The notes under the pieces: generated by a model
Told to the model about the DNA's origin: nothing
What the model saw: only the letters and a program-made list of their open reading frames with translations
Databases searched by the model: none
Origin: a virus
Strand: one strand, 5' to 3'
DNA length: 64,000 nucleotides
Virus record (IMG/VR): IMGVR_UViG_3300006737_000029
Coordinates: 8,126-72,125 of that record
In this document: one piece after another, positions 47,471-57,237 of the stretch
Layout of the letters: the number at the start of each line of letters is the position of its first letter
How positions within the stretch are numbered: position 1 is the stretch's first letter
Translations under genes and position numbers: made by a program

Positions 47471-50400
47471 ATGGAACCTAAGAAAGACAACATTATACAA
47501 AAGATCACTACTGAACGAGGTTTTGCTGATGAGATATACAGAAAGTATAAGTATGACAGATACGGTATTGGTTCATGTTGTGGATCTAACCTTCCTTCAA
47601 GTATAAAGGATAAATATCTTTGTGATTACCAAGATAACAAAGTATCACAATATGATAACATAGAAATTGTAAAGACAACCTACACTCCACCAACAGGTGG
47701 TGCTCAAGACGATCCAAATAGACCATCTTGGGTTGATGAATATTGTGGAAATACACAGGGAGATGTAGATATATATTTTTATTATGATGCTACATCATTA
47801 GGGTTACCTGCAGTTCAAGCTGCATATGCCGCTGCATCAGAATGGGTAGAGATAGTTAGATCTGGTAATACTGATGCTGTTGAAGGTTCTTGTACAGGTG
47901 GAGAAGCAACTGGTATAAATGAATATCACACAACAGTATTTGGTGAGAGATGGCTTGATTGGGCTACTTCAGCAATGACTGGAGTTTTTCAAAATTCTGG
48001 TAGTTGTGGTGGTGCTGGTACAACAATGGCTAATGGAAGCGCATGCACAACTGGAACAGCTGTAGATGTAGATCCAAATCCAGCAAGAAATTTTGGATCA
48101 AATGCTTGTGGAAGTGCATCTGATTCAGCTTTTCCTGTAACTGTAAATGCTAATAATAAATTTTGGCAGATATTAACCTGGGCACAAGGAAATAATGTTG
48201 AGATGTACAACGGTGGTATTGCAGGAGCAACTGTAGCTAATAGTTCTACAACTAATAACTCAGGTGCAGCATTTTCTTCTACAGTTACAATAGGACCTCC
48301 ACCTCCTGCTACAAATAAAAATTTATTAGTTATATGCTTTGCTGATGAATCAACATCACAAGTGTTGCAACAACCATATCATGATAATGGTCCAGCTATT
48401 AATTGGAATACTGCAACAGACGGAACTGGAACAGTAACTCCATGTTGGGCAGCTGATCATACAGAATTTATTTCCCAAAGAAATACTTGGATGGCTGCAC
48501 AAACAGGAAGACAATCAGACTTTTTCTTATACCCTTCCAAGCCTATAGCAGGTAGTACTGATTCTGTACGACCTTTTGTACTTCACAGTTTAGGTGGAAT
48601 ATCTAGTGGTGATAAAACTCCACAAGATGGAACTTTTAATACAATACCTTATTGTTCTGTAGGATCACTGAGTCCTATTGGTACATCAAATCCTTACTTT
48701 GCTCAAGGTTATGGAGCTCTTGATCAACATGGTTGGGGAGTTGAGCCTGCTACAGAATATTTTACTGCTAGCACATTCCAACAAGACTTAGATGAATTTA
48801 CTGAGTTATCAACTTGTAATGATTCAGAATGTTTTTTATTTGTTATTAAAAATCAAAACGGTGATCCAGTAGAAAACCATCCAATAGTCATAAGGGGAGG
48901 TATAGTAGGTTATACAGATGAAAATGGATTGTTTAGATGGTGTGTAGAAAATGCATCAGATCCTGCAAATAGACATCATGTATTAGATTTGTGTACATGT
49001 CTTACAACAACTGGTGGATGTAGATCACAAAAAGTTTCAATGACAGTTACAGACAATTGTCTTACATCATGTCCTGCAACACCTTTTCAAGCTTGTGATC
49101 CTGAAAAAGAACCACAATCTTCTGGTAATGAAAAAGAAGGTTGTACAGATCCAGCTGCAGATAATTTTGATCCTGGTGCAAGTATAGATGATGGTACATG
49201 TACTTACTGTGCACAATTTAATATAACAGAGGTAAGTAGAACAAATGCAACAGACATTGGTGGCGTATGTCAAAATGATGGTGCTATTAATGTAACAGTT
49301 AATGGTGGTATTGCTCCTTATACTTATTCTTGGACAGGACCAAGTGGTTTTACAGCTAATACACAAAATATATCAAGCTTGTGTGGTGGGGTATATACTT
49401 TAATGGTATCTGACAGTTCTACAAATCCTTGTTTAGAAACTATGGTCTTTTATTTAGATCAAGATACTCAAATAATATTTGGTTGTACAGATGCCACGGC
49501 ATGCAACTATGATGCAGCTGCTAATACAGATGATGGAAGTTGTTTATATTCAGGATGTACAAGTGATTCAGCAGTAAATTATGATCCAACAGCTACTGCT
49601 GATTGTAATTGTGAACCACCAACTTCTGCAGCATACCAAAATGTTGTAGGTTGGGATAGTTGTTGTACAGCTTGTGTAGACGGATGTATGGATCCAAATG
49701 CTAATAATTATGATGCTGCTGCTACATGTGATGATGGCAGTTGTACATACAACTGGAGTTGTGTAGAAACAACTGTACCAGGAGGTGCTCAACAAGATAT
49801 AAACTGTCAAAACATGACTTATGTTGGAACGTTTAATAATACAGACTTTAACACATCACAATTAGACTTTTTAAATTATATTTCAGATCCAGCTAATAAT
49901 TTAGACACTATACCAATTATATCATTAAGATTTTCAACAACATATTTAGCACCTGTTTCTAATTCATGTTTTGATACTGTTGCAAATAATGGTGCTCCAT
50001 TAAATATTGTTTCAAGTATAAGAGTAGGTTGGGGTTGGAGTAATGCTGATACTGTACCACAAACAGAGTGTAACCCAAATGAATGTGGATGTATTTCACA
50101 GTCTCCACTATTACCAGATTGTTGGCCATCTTCATGGACACAGTTTTTACCTAATGGAAATTATGATTCACTTTATACTCATCAAGGATCATGGAGTAGT
50201 TTTACAGATTTATTAAATACAACAATAGCAGATGGTCAAACATGGATGGATCCAAGTGGAGCAACTATAACAACATTTACTGGATTGTTATATTCAGAAG
50301 TAATGGCAATATTTCAATATTCACAAGGAAGTTGTGCAAGTGAAAACGATGCTCCTGGAACTAATTTAATTTTCCCTCAGTGTTGTTGTATTTATGAGTG

Positions 50401-52912
50401 GACTCTTTATGGTTCTAGACCTGCATCATTATGTACATGTTCAGAAACTACAACTGTTGATTGTAATTGTACTGAGATGCTTGATGGAACAGGAATATAT
50501 CCAACTGAAAATGATTGTTTAAATGCTGCAGAAAGTTGTTGTAATGTAAATCAAAGCAATGGTAATTTTCTATGTGTACCAGGCATGCTTATTAATAATT
50601 GTAGCAACAAAGTAGAAGGTAATCCAGGAGCTACAATACCTTGGGGAACTGGTGTTAATGTTCTTATTGCAAATGAGTTTACACAAACTTATCCAACACT
50701 GACAGATCCGTCTCTGTTTTACTGGAATATTTTAAATGCTCCTGGAGCATGTATGGACCCAACTACAAATATAAATACATATGTATTAGATTCAGCTGCA
50801 TCTCCAGGTATTGTATTTATTAAAAATGGTGTAGTAGAATATGAATTACCAGGAACAACTAATGGTATGGCTAATAGTTGGAATACAATATTAGCTCATA
50901 TGAGCAACGATCATGGTTATGATGGTGTGACTTATCCATCACTTACAGGAATGAATTTCCAACAAGTATTAGTTCAACTTACTACATCACAACCAGGTGT
51001 ATGGTTATTAGACGCTAATATAAGAGCTTGTGGATGTATTCAGGATGGAACTTGTGATTGTATACAAGATAATAGTGGAACTTATATAGATTATCCTTCA
51101 TGTATTACTAGTTGTTGTCAACTTTTTTCAGCTGGTTGTACAGACCCTACAAGTTTTTCTTATAGTTCAACTGTAGCTATTGACGATGGTAGCTGTATGG
51201 ACTGCACTAATCCTATTTTAAGTCCAAACTTTTTTGCTGGAGATCCTATAAATCACACTATTACAACTACAAATCCTACATCAAGCGGTGCTGCAGATGG
51301 TACAATAACAGTTGATTTTGCTACTGGTTTTGGTTTTAACTGGTATATCAATCCTACCACTCAACAAGAAGGAGGAATCATGGTGCATGTTTATAATACT
51401 TTAACAGGCGCACTAGTAGGCTCTACACCTCAAATAGCTTCTCCAACTGCATCATACACATTTGATAATACAAATACAACAGGTATTCCAGATGGAGATT
51501 ATACAATAATAATAGAACAAGTTATTTTAGTAAATGGTATTTTATATGTACAATGTACAAATACTAGTTATCAAAATGTAGGACTAGGTTCAGGTTCACA
51601 ACTATGGGAATGTAATCCAGGAACCAGTTATGATGAATCATTAGTAACACCAGGTATAACATTAAATACTTACAATGCTAGTAATACAGCTACGTATTTT
51701 AATGTTGCAGGAATAAATGCTGGTAATACAAATGGGCAAGGATTTTATACAGGCTATGAGCTTGCACTAGATGATTATGTTACTTCTAGTTATAATATTA
51801 TTCCTCTTGGAGCAGAATGGCCTTGGTGGTATCAACAAACTTCTACAGCTGGAGCAGTAGCACCTGGTGTACAATGTCAAAATAGTGCAACAAACGCATA
51901 TAAAACATCTTTTACTAGAATTGATTTCCGTGATTTAAGAGATGGAGGATTTAATCTGTACAGTTATTATATCCTTCAAAATAACACATGGGCTGACATG
52001 GTTAGTTTTGTTAATGGAGCTATTAGTGCTTCTCATCCTGATAATGTAAGCTTTACTGTATTAAAAGCTGCTGTACAAGCATATAGTGCTAATTATGATT
52101 TAGTAGTTACTTTACAACCTGTTCTTTGTGAATCTACAGGATGTGGTTGTGTACAAAGTCCTACAGGTACACATGCAACTCAAGCAGCATGTGATACAAC
52201 TTGCTGTACAATAGGATGTACTGATCCTGCTGCTGATAACTATGAGCCTAATGCTGCTACTGATGATGGAAGTTGTATATACTGTAGTAATTTTATGGGT
52301 GTTGTTACATTATATCAACCAACTATACCAGCAGGATCAACAAACTGGAGTGGATCTAATATAAATGTAAACAATGGACAAATACTGGCAACAGGAATAG
52401 GAGGATCTGGTACTTATAATATGGACGTTTACTGGGCAGGATATAATGGTAATGTAGCAGTTAATCCAACTGCACTATGGCCTGGTTTTTATAAGATTGT
52501 AGTTACTGATTTACTTTATGGTTGTACACATACATCTTATCAACAACTAGATCCTTTATTAGCTAAATGTCATGATGAAGGTACTCCTATTTGGTTACCA
52601 ACTAGTCTGTCACAATTTGGAGATGTAACTGGTGTAAATAATTTCTTGAACATTAATACGTCAACTACAAGTTCAACTAATTATCAAATTTATGCAACTA
52701 GCTCAACATCATTTGAAGTTAGTAATCTTAACTTAAGTAATGCTTATACTATTACAATATTTGATAGTTCAGGAACACAATTGATAACTTGTACTAGTTG
52801 TGATACTCTAGCAGTACCAAACACAACAGCTGGAGAGTCATATTACATTCAGATAGAACAAGCAACTGATTGTGCACAGATAGGAGCAATTTTTGTAATG
52901 CCAACAATTTAA
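47471..52912 (+). CDS. 1813-aa Cys-rich adhesin/fibre-like virion protein with GCTD repeats and SprB-like repeats
   Basis: Six GC(T/M)D...DDGSC-type repeats; SprB-like DGAINVTVNGGIAPYTYSW...GVYTLMVSD; degenerate vWA-like N-domain. Confidence 0.7.
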   Translation: MEPKKDNIIQKITTERGFADEIYRKYKYDRYGIGSCCGSNLPSSIKDKYLCDYQDNKVSQYDNIEIVKTTYTPPTGGAQDDPNRPSWVDEYCGNTQGDVDIYFYYDATSLGLPAVQAAYAAASEWVEIVRSGNTDAVEGSCTGGEATGINEYHTTVFGERWLDWATSAMTGVFQNSGSCGGAGTTMANGSACTTGTAVDVDPNPARNFGSNACGSASDSAFPVTVNANNKFWQILTWAQGNNVEMYNGGIAGATVANSSTTNNSGAAFSSTVTIGPPPPATNKNLLVICFADESTSQVLQQPYHDNGPAINWNTATDGTGTVTPCWAADHTEFISQRNTWMAAQTGRQSDFFLYPSKPIAGSTDSVRPFVLHSLGGISSGDKTPQDGTFNTIPYCSVGSLSPIGTSNPYFAQGYGALDQHGWGVEPATEYFTASTFQQDLDEFTELSTCNDSECFLFVIKNQNGDPVENHPIVIRGGIVGYTDENGLFRWCVENASDPANRHHVLDLCTCLTTTGGCRSQKVSMTVTDNCLTSCPATPFQACDPEKEPQSSGNEKEGCTDPAADNFDPGASIDDGTCTYCAQFNITEVSRTNATDIGGVCQNDGAINVTVNGGIAPYTYSWTGPSGFTANTQNISSLCGGVYTLMVSDSSTNPCLETMVFYLDQDTQIIFGCTDATACNYDAAANTDDGSCLYSGCTSDSAVNYDPTATADCNCEPPTSAAYQNVVGWDSCCTACVDGCMDPNANNYDAAATCDDGSCTYNWSCVETTVPGGAQQDINCQNMTYVGTFNNTDFNTSQLDFLNYISDPANNLDTIPIISLRFSTTYLAPVSNSCFDTVANNGAPLNIVSSIRVGWGWSNADTVPQTECNPNECGCISQSPLLPDCWPSSWTQFLPNGNYDSLYTHQGSWSSFTDLLNTTIADGQTWMDPSGATITTFTGLLYSEVMAIFQYSQGSCASENDAPGTNLIFPQCCCIYEWTLYGSRPASLCTCSETTTVDCNCTEMLDGTGIYPTENDCLNAAESCCNVNQSNGNFLCVPGMLINNCSNKVEGNPGATIPWGTGVNVLIANEFTQTYPTLTDPSLFYWNILNAPGACMDPTTNINTYVLDSAASPGIVFIKNGVVEYELPGTTNGMANSWNTILAHMSNDHGYDGVTYPSLTGMNFQQVLVQLTTSQPGVWLLDANIRACGCIQDGTCDCIQDNSGTYIDYPSCITSCCQLFSAGCTDPTSFSYSSTVAIDDGSCMDCTNPILSPNFFAGDPINHTITTTNPTSSGAADGTITVDFATGFGFNWYINPTTQQEGGIMVHVYNTLTGALVGSTPQIASPTASYTFDNTNTTGIPDGDYTIIIEQVILVNGILYVQCTNTSYQNVGLGSGSQLWECNPGTSYDESLVTPGITLNTYNASNTATYFNVAGINAGNTNGQGFYTGYELALDDYVTSSYNIIPLGAEWPWWYQQTSTAGAVAPGVQCQNSATNAYKTSFTRIDFRDLRDGGFNLYSYYILQNNTWADMVSFVNGAISASHPDNVSFTVLKAAVQAYSANYDLVVTLQPVLCESTGCGCVQSPTGTHATQAACDTTCCTIGCTDPAADNYEPNAATDDGSCIYCSNFMGVVTLYQPTIPAGSTNWSGSNINVNNGQILATGIGGSGTYNMDVYWAGYNGNVAVNPTALWPGFYKIVVTDLLYGCTHTSYQQLDPLLAKCHDEGTPIWLPTSLSQFGDVTGVNNFLNINTSTTSSTNYQIYATSSTSFEVSNLNLSNAYTITIFDSSGTQLITCTSCDTLAVPNTTAGESYYIQIEQATDCAQIGAIFVMPTI

Positions 52913-52940
52913 GCAAATTGATTGTTAAAATGATAAATAA

Positions 52941-52956
52941 TTTGTATATTATTAAT
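52941..52956 (+). promoter_or_regulatory. putative late-promoter motif TTTGTATATTATTAAT
   Basis: 13 nt upstream of ATG 52970. Confidence 0.6.
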
Positions 52957-52969
52957 GTAGAATAAAGAT

Positions 52970-54112
52970 ATGATACCAACTAATTCAAATAATCCGCAGA
53001 ACTGTGATCCTATTTCATCTAATTGTGTAATTTGGCAAGGTCCAGATTTAGACTGTGTAAACGTATGTCAAGGTGATACAATAAGTGATGTTGTAGCTGC
53101 ATTATGTACACAACTTTCTCTTTTAGAAACATTAATTGGATCAGGAAATACTGAGTTTAATATTGCTAATATTAATCAGTCAGAATTAACAGGAAATACA
53201 GCAACTACTCTAGAAGAGTTAATTCAGTTAATGATTGATAATATAGTTATTAATCAAGGAGGACAAGGTACAGGTACAGGAACAGGTGACCACGGAAAAC
53301 ATATGGATTGTGCTGATGTAATGGCTTGTGCTGTTACAGGAATGCCTGCTTGTTTTGAAGAACATACTGGATTTAATAATGGACAATCTTTACAAAGATG
53401 GTTATCTGAAGTTGCACAAGAACTTTGTGATTTACAAACTTCTGGTTCAACAACACAAGCAATAACTACTACATTATCAGCTAAAGTAGCAAATTTAGAA
53501 ACACAGCCAACTGGAGAAATGAATCCAATGATATACTCTAGTGGTGTTGTACCAAAAGGACAACTTACTCCTATTGCAACTGTTGTACAAGCATTAGATT
53601 CACAATTTGTAACTTTAAGAAACACAACAGGTACTCCAGCTAATTTAACAGTTGGTGTAAATAATCAGCCAGCAGATTTAGGACAACCTGTAAGCACAGC
53701 TGGTTTTTCATCACCTTTAAAAACATCTCCTGTTACAGCTGGGGATGCTTTATATAACATGTGGTTAGCTGTAGAAGATTTAAGGGCGGCAACAAAAGAC
53801 ATTCAAGATAACTGTTGTTCAACTGTACAAATGCAAAGAATGGGTGGCATTAGATCATTTTATGCAAACGGAGATAGTTGTACAACAGCATTAGCTGCAG
53901 CAGCAACATCAAGTAATTGTACAGATATTTGGAATACTACAGGTGTACAGTTTGATACAACTGTTAGAGCATATACTGATGCATATACTGCAACAAGTAA
54001 TACAGAATTACTAAATAATAGATATTATGCATTATGTCCTGGTGGACCAATAGCAAGATACCAAAGAACTACACCTTATTGGACTGATGTAAAAAGCAGT
54101 TGTTCTGAATAA
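52970..54112 (+). CDS. Cys-rich structural/fibre protein
   Basis: N-terminal CDPISSNCVIWQGPDLDCVNVCQGD motif, coiled segments. Confidence 0.6.
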   Translation: MIPTNSNNPQNCDPISSNCVIWQGPDLDCVNVCQGDTISDVVAALCTQLSLLETLIGSGNTEFNIANINQSELTGNTATTLEELIQLMIDNIVINQGGQGTGTGTGDHGKHMDCADVMACAVTGMPACFEEHTGFNNGQSLQRWLSEVAQELCDLQTSGSTTQAITTTLSAKVANLETQPTGEMNPMIYSSGVVPKGQLTPIATVVQALDSQFVTLRNTTGTPANLTVGVNNQPADLGQPVSTAGFSSPLKTSPVTAGDALYNMWLAVEDLRAATKDIQDNCCSTVQMQRMGGIRSFYANGDSCTTALAAAATSSNCTDIWNTTGVQFDTTVRAYTDAYTATSNTELLNNRYYALCPGGPIARYQRTTPYWTDVKSSCSE

Positions 54113-54128
54113 ATAAAAAAATAAAAAA

Positions 54129-54671
54129 ATGGCTTGTAATAATTGTAATAATAATACTCAAACAGAATGTAACAATCTAGCATGCGGATGTGCTGATACG
54201 TCACAAACTATGCCATGTGTATATAATGATTGTAGAGAAAAAGGTGCTGAACAATGTGAAGAAATAATGTGTGCTGCATGTGTTTCTTATTGTGCAGATA
54301 CTTTTGAAGCTTCATTAGGTAATACAATATTACAGGTAGCTAATGGAGAAAGATTAGATAGAATTTTACAAAGAATGGTTTTATTTATGACTAATGCTCC
54401 TTGTGTAGATTCTGCACCACAATTAGTATCATTAGGAACAATTACAGCTACTACAATAATTGTTGAGTGGTCAGGAGTTCCTGCTAATGCAACGGTAGAT
54501 GTTGAATATAAACTTCCACAATCTGGAGGTTGGACAACAGCTGCAAGTAATTTAAATACATCAACTACATCTCATGAAGTAACAGGATTAGTTGCAAATA
54601 CAATATATCAATTCAGAGTTATCAATGGTAGTTGTTCATCAGTAATAGTTACTGGAAGCACTGTGATATAA
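54129..54671 (+). CDS. Cys-rich protein with C-terminal fibronectin type III domain
   Basis: ITATTIIVEWS...VEYK...W...VTGLVANTIYQFRV is the FN3 signature; N-terminal CVSYC...GERLD motif related to the preceding gene. Confidence 0.75.
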   Translation: MACNNCNNNTQTECNNLACGCADTSQTMPCVYNDCREKGAEQCEEIMCAACVSYCADTFEASLGNTILQVANGERLDRILQRMVLFMTNAPCVDSAPQLVSLGTITATTIIVEWSGVPANATVDVEYKLPQSGGWTTAASNLNTSTTSHEVTGLVANTIYQFRVINGSCSSVIVTGSTVI

Positions 54672-54727
54672 ATAAAAAAAACAAGAAAGTGAGGGTTTTA
54701 TATTGGTTTTCCTAAACTTAATTGTCT

Positions 54728-54760
54728 GAGGCCTGGCGTTAACACCGGGCCTCTTTTTTT
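54728..54760 (+). terminator. intrinsic terminator
   Basis: GAGGCCTGG-CGTTAACA-CCGGGCCTC followed by T7. Confidence 0.85.
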
Positions 54761-54782
54761 ATATCTGTTAATATTTTTTTTA

Positions 54783-54790
54783 TATATTTG
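54783..54790 (+). promoter_or_regulatory. Bacteroidota -7 element (TATATTTG)
   Basis: After a terminator, 25 nt upstream of ATG 54816. Confidence 0.6.
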
Positions 54791-54815
54791 CAACAGTTTA
54801 ACTAAAAAAATTTAT

Positions 54816-55997
54816 ATGGACTCACTATTAGAAAAAATTAAAGCATCATTTAAGTGGAAAAAAACCTCTGATTATTGTGCAGAGAAATTAAACATCACAA
54901 TAGATGACTATGATAAATTGAAAGATTACGTCAAGTCTAAAGAATTATTAGAGAACTCATCAACCTCATATGAGTATAATCTAGAAAAAGGTGAAGCAAA
55001 AATGGAAACTATAAGTTCTTCTGAACCTAAATCACCTGAAGAAATAATTGATATATTAAATATTGACACAACTCAGTGGAAACTTTCAAGTTATTGGAAT
55101 AAACAAATGGGAGATCATTGGAGGGTATCTGCAATGGTTACAAGACTAAAAGATAATGAAGTAGATAATGTTGCTGAATTATTAAAAGGGTTTAAGCCAA
55201 AAAAATATAAAGAAGTAAAAAGAATTAAAACTCCAGGTAAAACAAAAACAGCTGGAGTTTTGTCATTACAAGACATACATTTTGGTAAAGAAGGAAATGA
55301 AACTATTGATAAATGTTTTGAAGAAACAATTATTGATTTAGTTGAAAGAGCCACAAGTGCTCATCATTTAGAAAAAATATTCTATGTAGTAGGGGGAGAT
55401 CTAATCAACATGGACACATGGAATGGGACCACTACTAGTGGAACACCATTAGATAACTGTAAGACTGCTACAGAGGCTTATATGCAGGCATTTAATGCTA
55501 TACAATGGAGTATTAACTATATCAAACAGTTTTGTGATGAATTACAAGTAGTTTATATCCCTGGTAATCATGATAGACTATCTTCATTTCATTTAGCTCA
55601 TGCACTATCTAAATGTTTTGATAACCCAACTATACATTGGGATGTTGTATATCTTGAGAGAAAAGTTTATGTATATGAAGATAACTTCTTTGCTTTTGAA
55701 CATGGTGATGTTAATACTAAAAATTCTTTATTATTATATTCTATGGAATATCCTAGAGAATGGGGTAAGACATTATATAGAACATTATATACAGGACATT
55801 ATCACCATAAGAAGAAGATTGAGTATATAACTGAACATGAAAATACTGGATTTATGTTAAAGATATTACCTAGTTTATCCCGTACAGATTACTACCATTA
55901 TCATAATAAATTTGTTGGATCTAGAAGATCTGGTGTGTTATCTATTCATAGTCCAACAAAAGGAGAAATATGTGAATTAACATATTCTCCTGAATAA
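54816..55997 (+). CDS. calcineurin-like metallophosphoesterase
   Basis: All five motifs present: DIHFG, GGDLIN, PGNHD, FEHGD, TGHYHH. Confidence 0.85.
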   Translation: MDSLLEKIKASFKWKKTSDYCAEKLNITIDDYDKLKDYVKSKELLENSSTSYEYNLEKGEAKMETISSSEPKSPEEIIDILNIDTTQWKLSSYWNKQMGDHWRVSAMVTRLKDNEVDNVAELLKGFKPKKYKEVKRIKTPGKTKTAGVLSLQDIHFGKEGNETIDKCFEETIIDLVERATSAHHLEKIFYVVGGDLINMDTWNGTTTSGTPLDNCKTATEAYMQAFNAIQWSINYIKQFCDELQVVYIPGNHDRLSSFHLAHALSKCFDNPTIHWDVVYLERKVYVYEDNFFAFEHGDVNTKNSLLLYSMEYPREWGKTLYRTLYTGHYHHKKKIEYITEHENTGFMLKILPSLSRTDYYHYHNKFVGSRRSGVLSIHSPTKGEICELTYSPE

Positions 55998-56041
55998 CTT
56001 TTATTTATCCCTATTTTTTTGTAAATTATATAGTAAGAGAT

Positions 56042-56563
56042 ATGATTAGTAATTTTAAGAAACCGGATTTAAATAAACCTAGATATAGGGAGAAGGTTTT
56101 AAGTTTATTAAATGTAGATACATTAGAAAAGTTCAAAGAAAAATATCCAATGTATTCTTCAGTAAGTAATGATAAATTAAAAAAAGTTATAAAATCATTC
56201 AACGGTAAAGTTTGGGAAGGTGTGATTGATAATAGAAACGGTATAGAATTACCAGAGTCATTAGGCTATCTATTTATTGGATCATGTCCTCCCAGCAAAA
56301 AAGTAAATATGAATTATGCATTATCAAAGCAATACGGTAAGGTAATACAGAATAAAAATTGGGACACAGATGGCTACATTGGAAAAATATTTTATACTAA
56401 CTACTCTCCTAGATATAAGTTCAAAACAAGAGAGTTATGGCAATTTAATGCCATACGTCAGTTTAAAAGATCTGTAGCATCTGTATATCCAACAAAATGG
56501 AGAACGTATATTTCTGTACCTAATAAATTTAGAGTTGCTGATATGTATAAAAAAGATAAGTAA
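56042..56563 (+). CDS. HU/IHF-like protein of the crAss-type tail module
   Basis: KVIKSFN...GIELPESLGYLFI pattern; located before the ring/tail genes. Confidence 0.5.
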   Translation: MISNFKKPDLNKPRYREKVLSLLNVDTLEKFKEKYPMYSSVSNDKLKKVIKSFNGKVWEGVIDNRNGIELPESLGYLFIGSCPPSKKVNMNYALSKQYGKVIQNKNWDTDGYIGKIFYTNYSPRYKFKTRELWQFNAIRQFKRSVASVYPTKWRTYISVPNKFRVADMYKKDK

Positions 56564-56565
56564 TT

Positions 56566-57237
56566 ATGACAACAATAGGTGAAGCAATATCTAGAATACG
56601 TGGTCAAATAAAAGCAAAATCTGAAGATGCTTTCATGACAGACAGATATATTTATAGTTTGATTAAAAAATATGCTCAGTTGTTTATGCGTAGACAAGAT
56701 AATGCTAACAAACTAATGAAGTTTAATAGCGTTTGGCAAGAACTGAAGTATGTTGAGTTAATTGAAGTAGATAGAGTTGAGGCAAGTTGTGTAGGTTTAT
56801 CAAGTGGATGTATAATCAAAAGAAGTAAACATAGATTACCAACATTCATGCAAGGTTATTGGGGACCTCTAATTAGAACAGTTAGTTCTATAGACGGAGG
56901 TATAGAAGTACAACCAACACAACCTGGAACTTATACATCTATGTCAAAGACAACAACATTTAAATATAATAATACAAAATACTACTGGTTCTTAGACGGC
57001 TACATCTATCTTCCAAATGTTAAATGGGATGCAGTTAAATTAGAAGGTGTATTTGAAGAAGACATTTCAAAATGGACATGTGATACAGATGATGATTGCG
57101 TACCTAGATACTTACAAAACTTGTATATACCTGAATTTTTATTTTCAGAAATAGAAGGTCAGATATTTAATACAGCAATTAACACTATTAAAATTCCAAC
57201 GGAGGATGGAGATAACAAATTAAATGCAAATAGATAA
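56566..57237 (+). CDS. tail ring/tubular protein
   Basis: MTTIGEAISRIR...DRYIYSLI N-helix, YYWFLDGYIYLPN, LEGVFEE; synteny. Confidence 0.6.
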   Translation: MTTIGEAISRIRGQIKAKSEDAFMTDRYIYSLIKKYAQLFMRRQDNANKLMKFNSVWQELKYVELIEVDRVEASCVGLSSGCIIKRSKHRLPTFMQGYWGPLIRTVSSIDGGIEVQPTQPGTYTSMSKTTTFKYNNTKYYWFLDGYIYLPNVKWDAVKLEGVFEEDISKWTCDTDDDCVPRYLQNLYIPEFLFSEIEGQIFNTAINTIKIPTEDGDNKLNANR

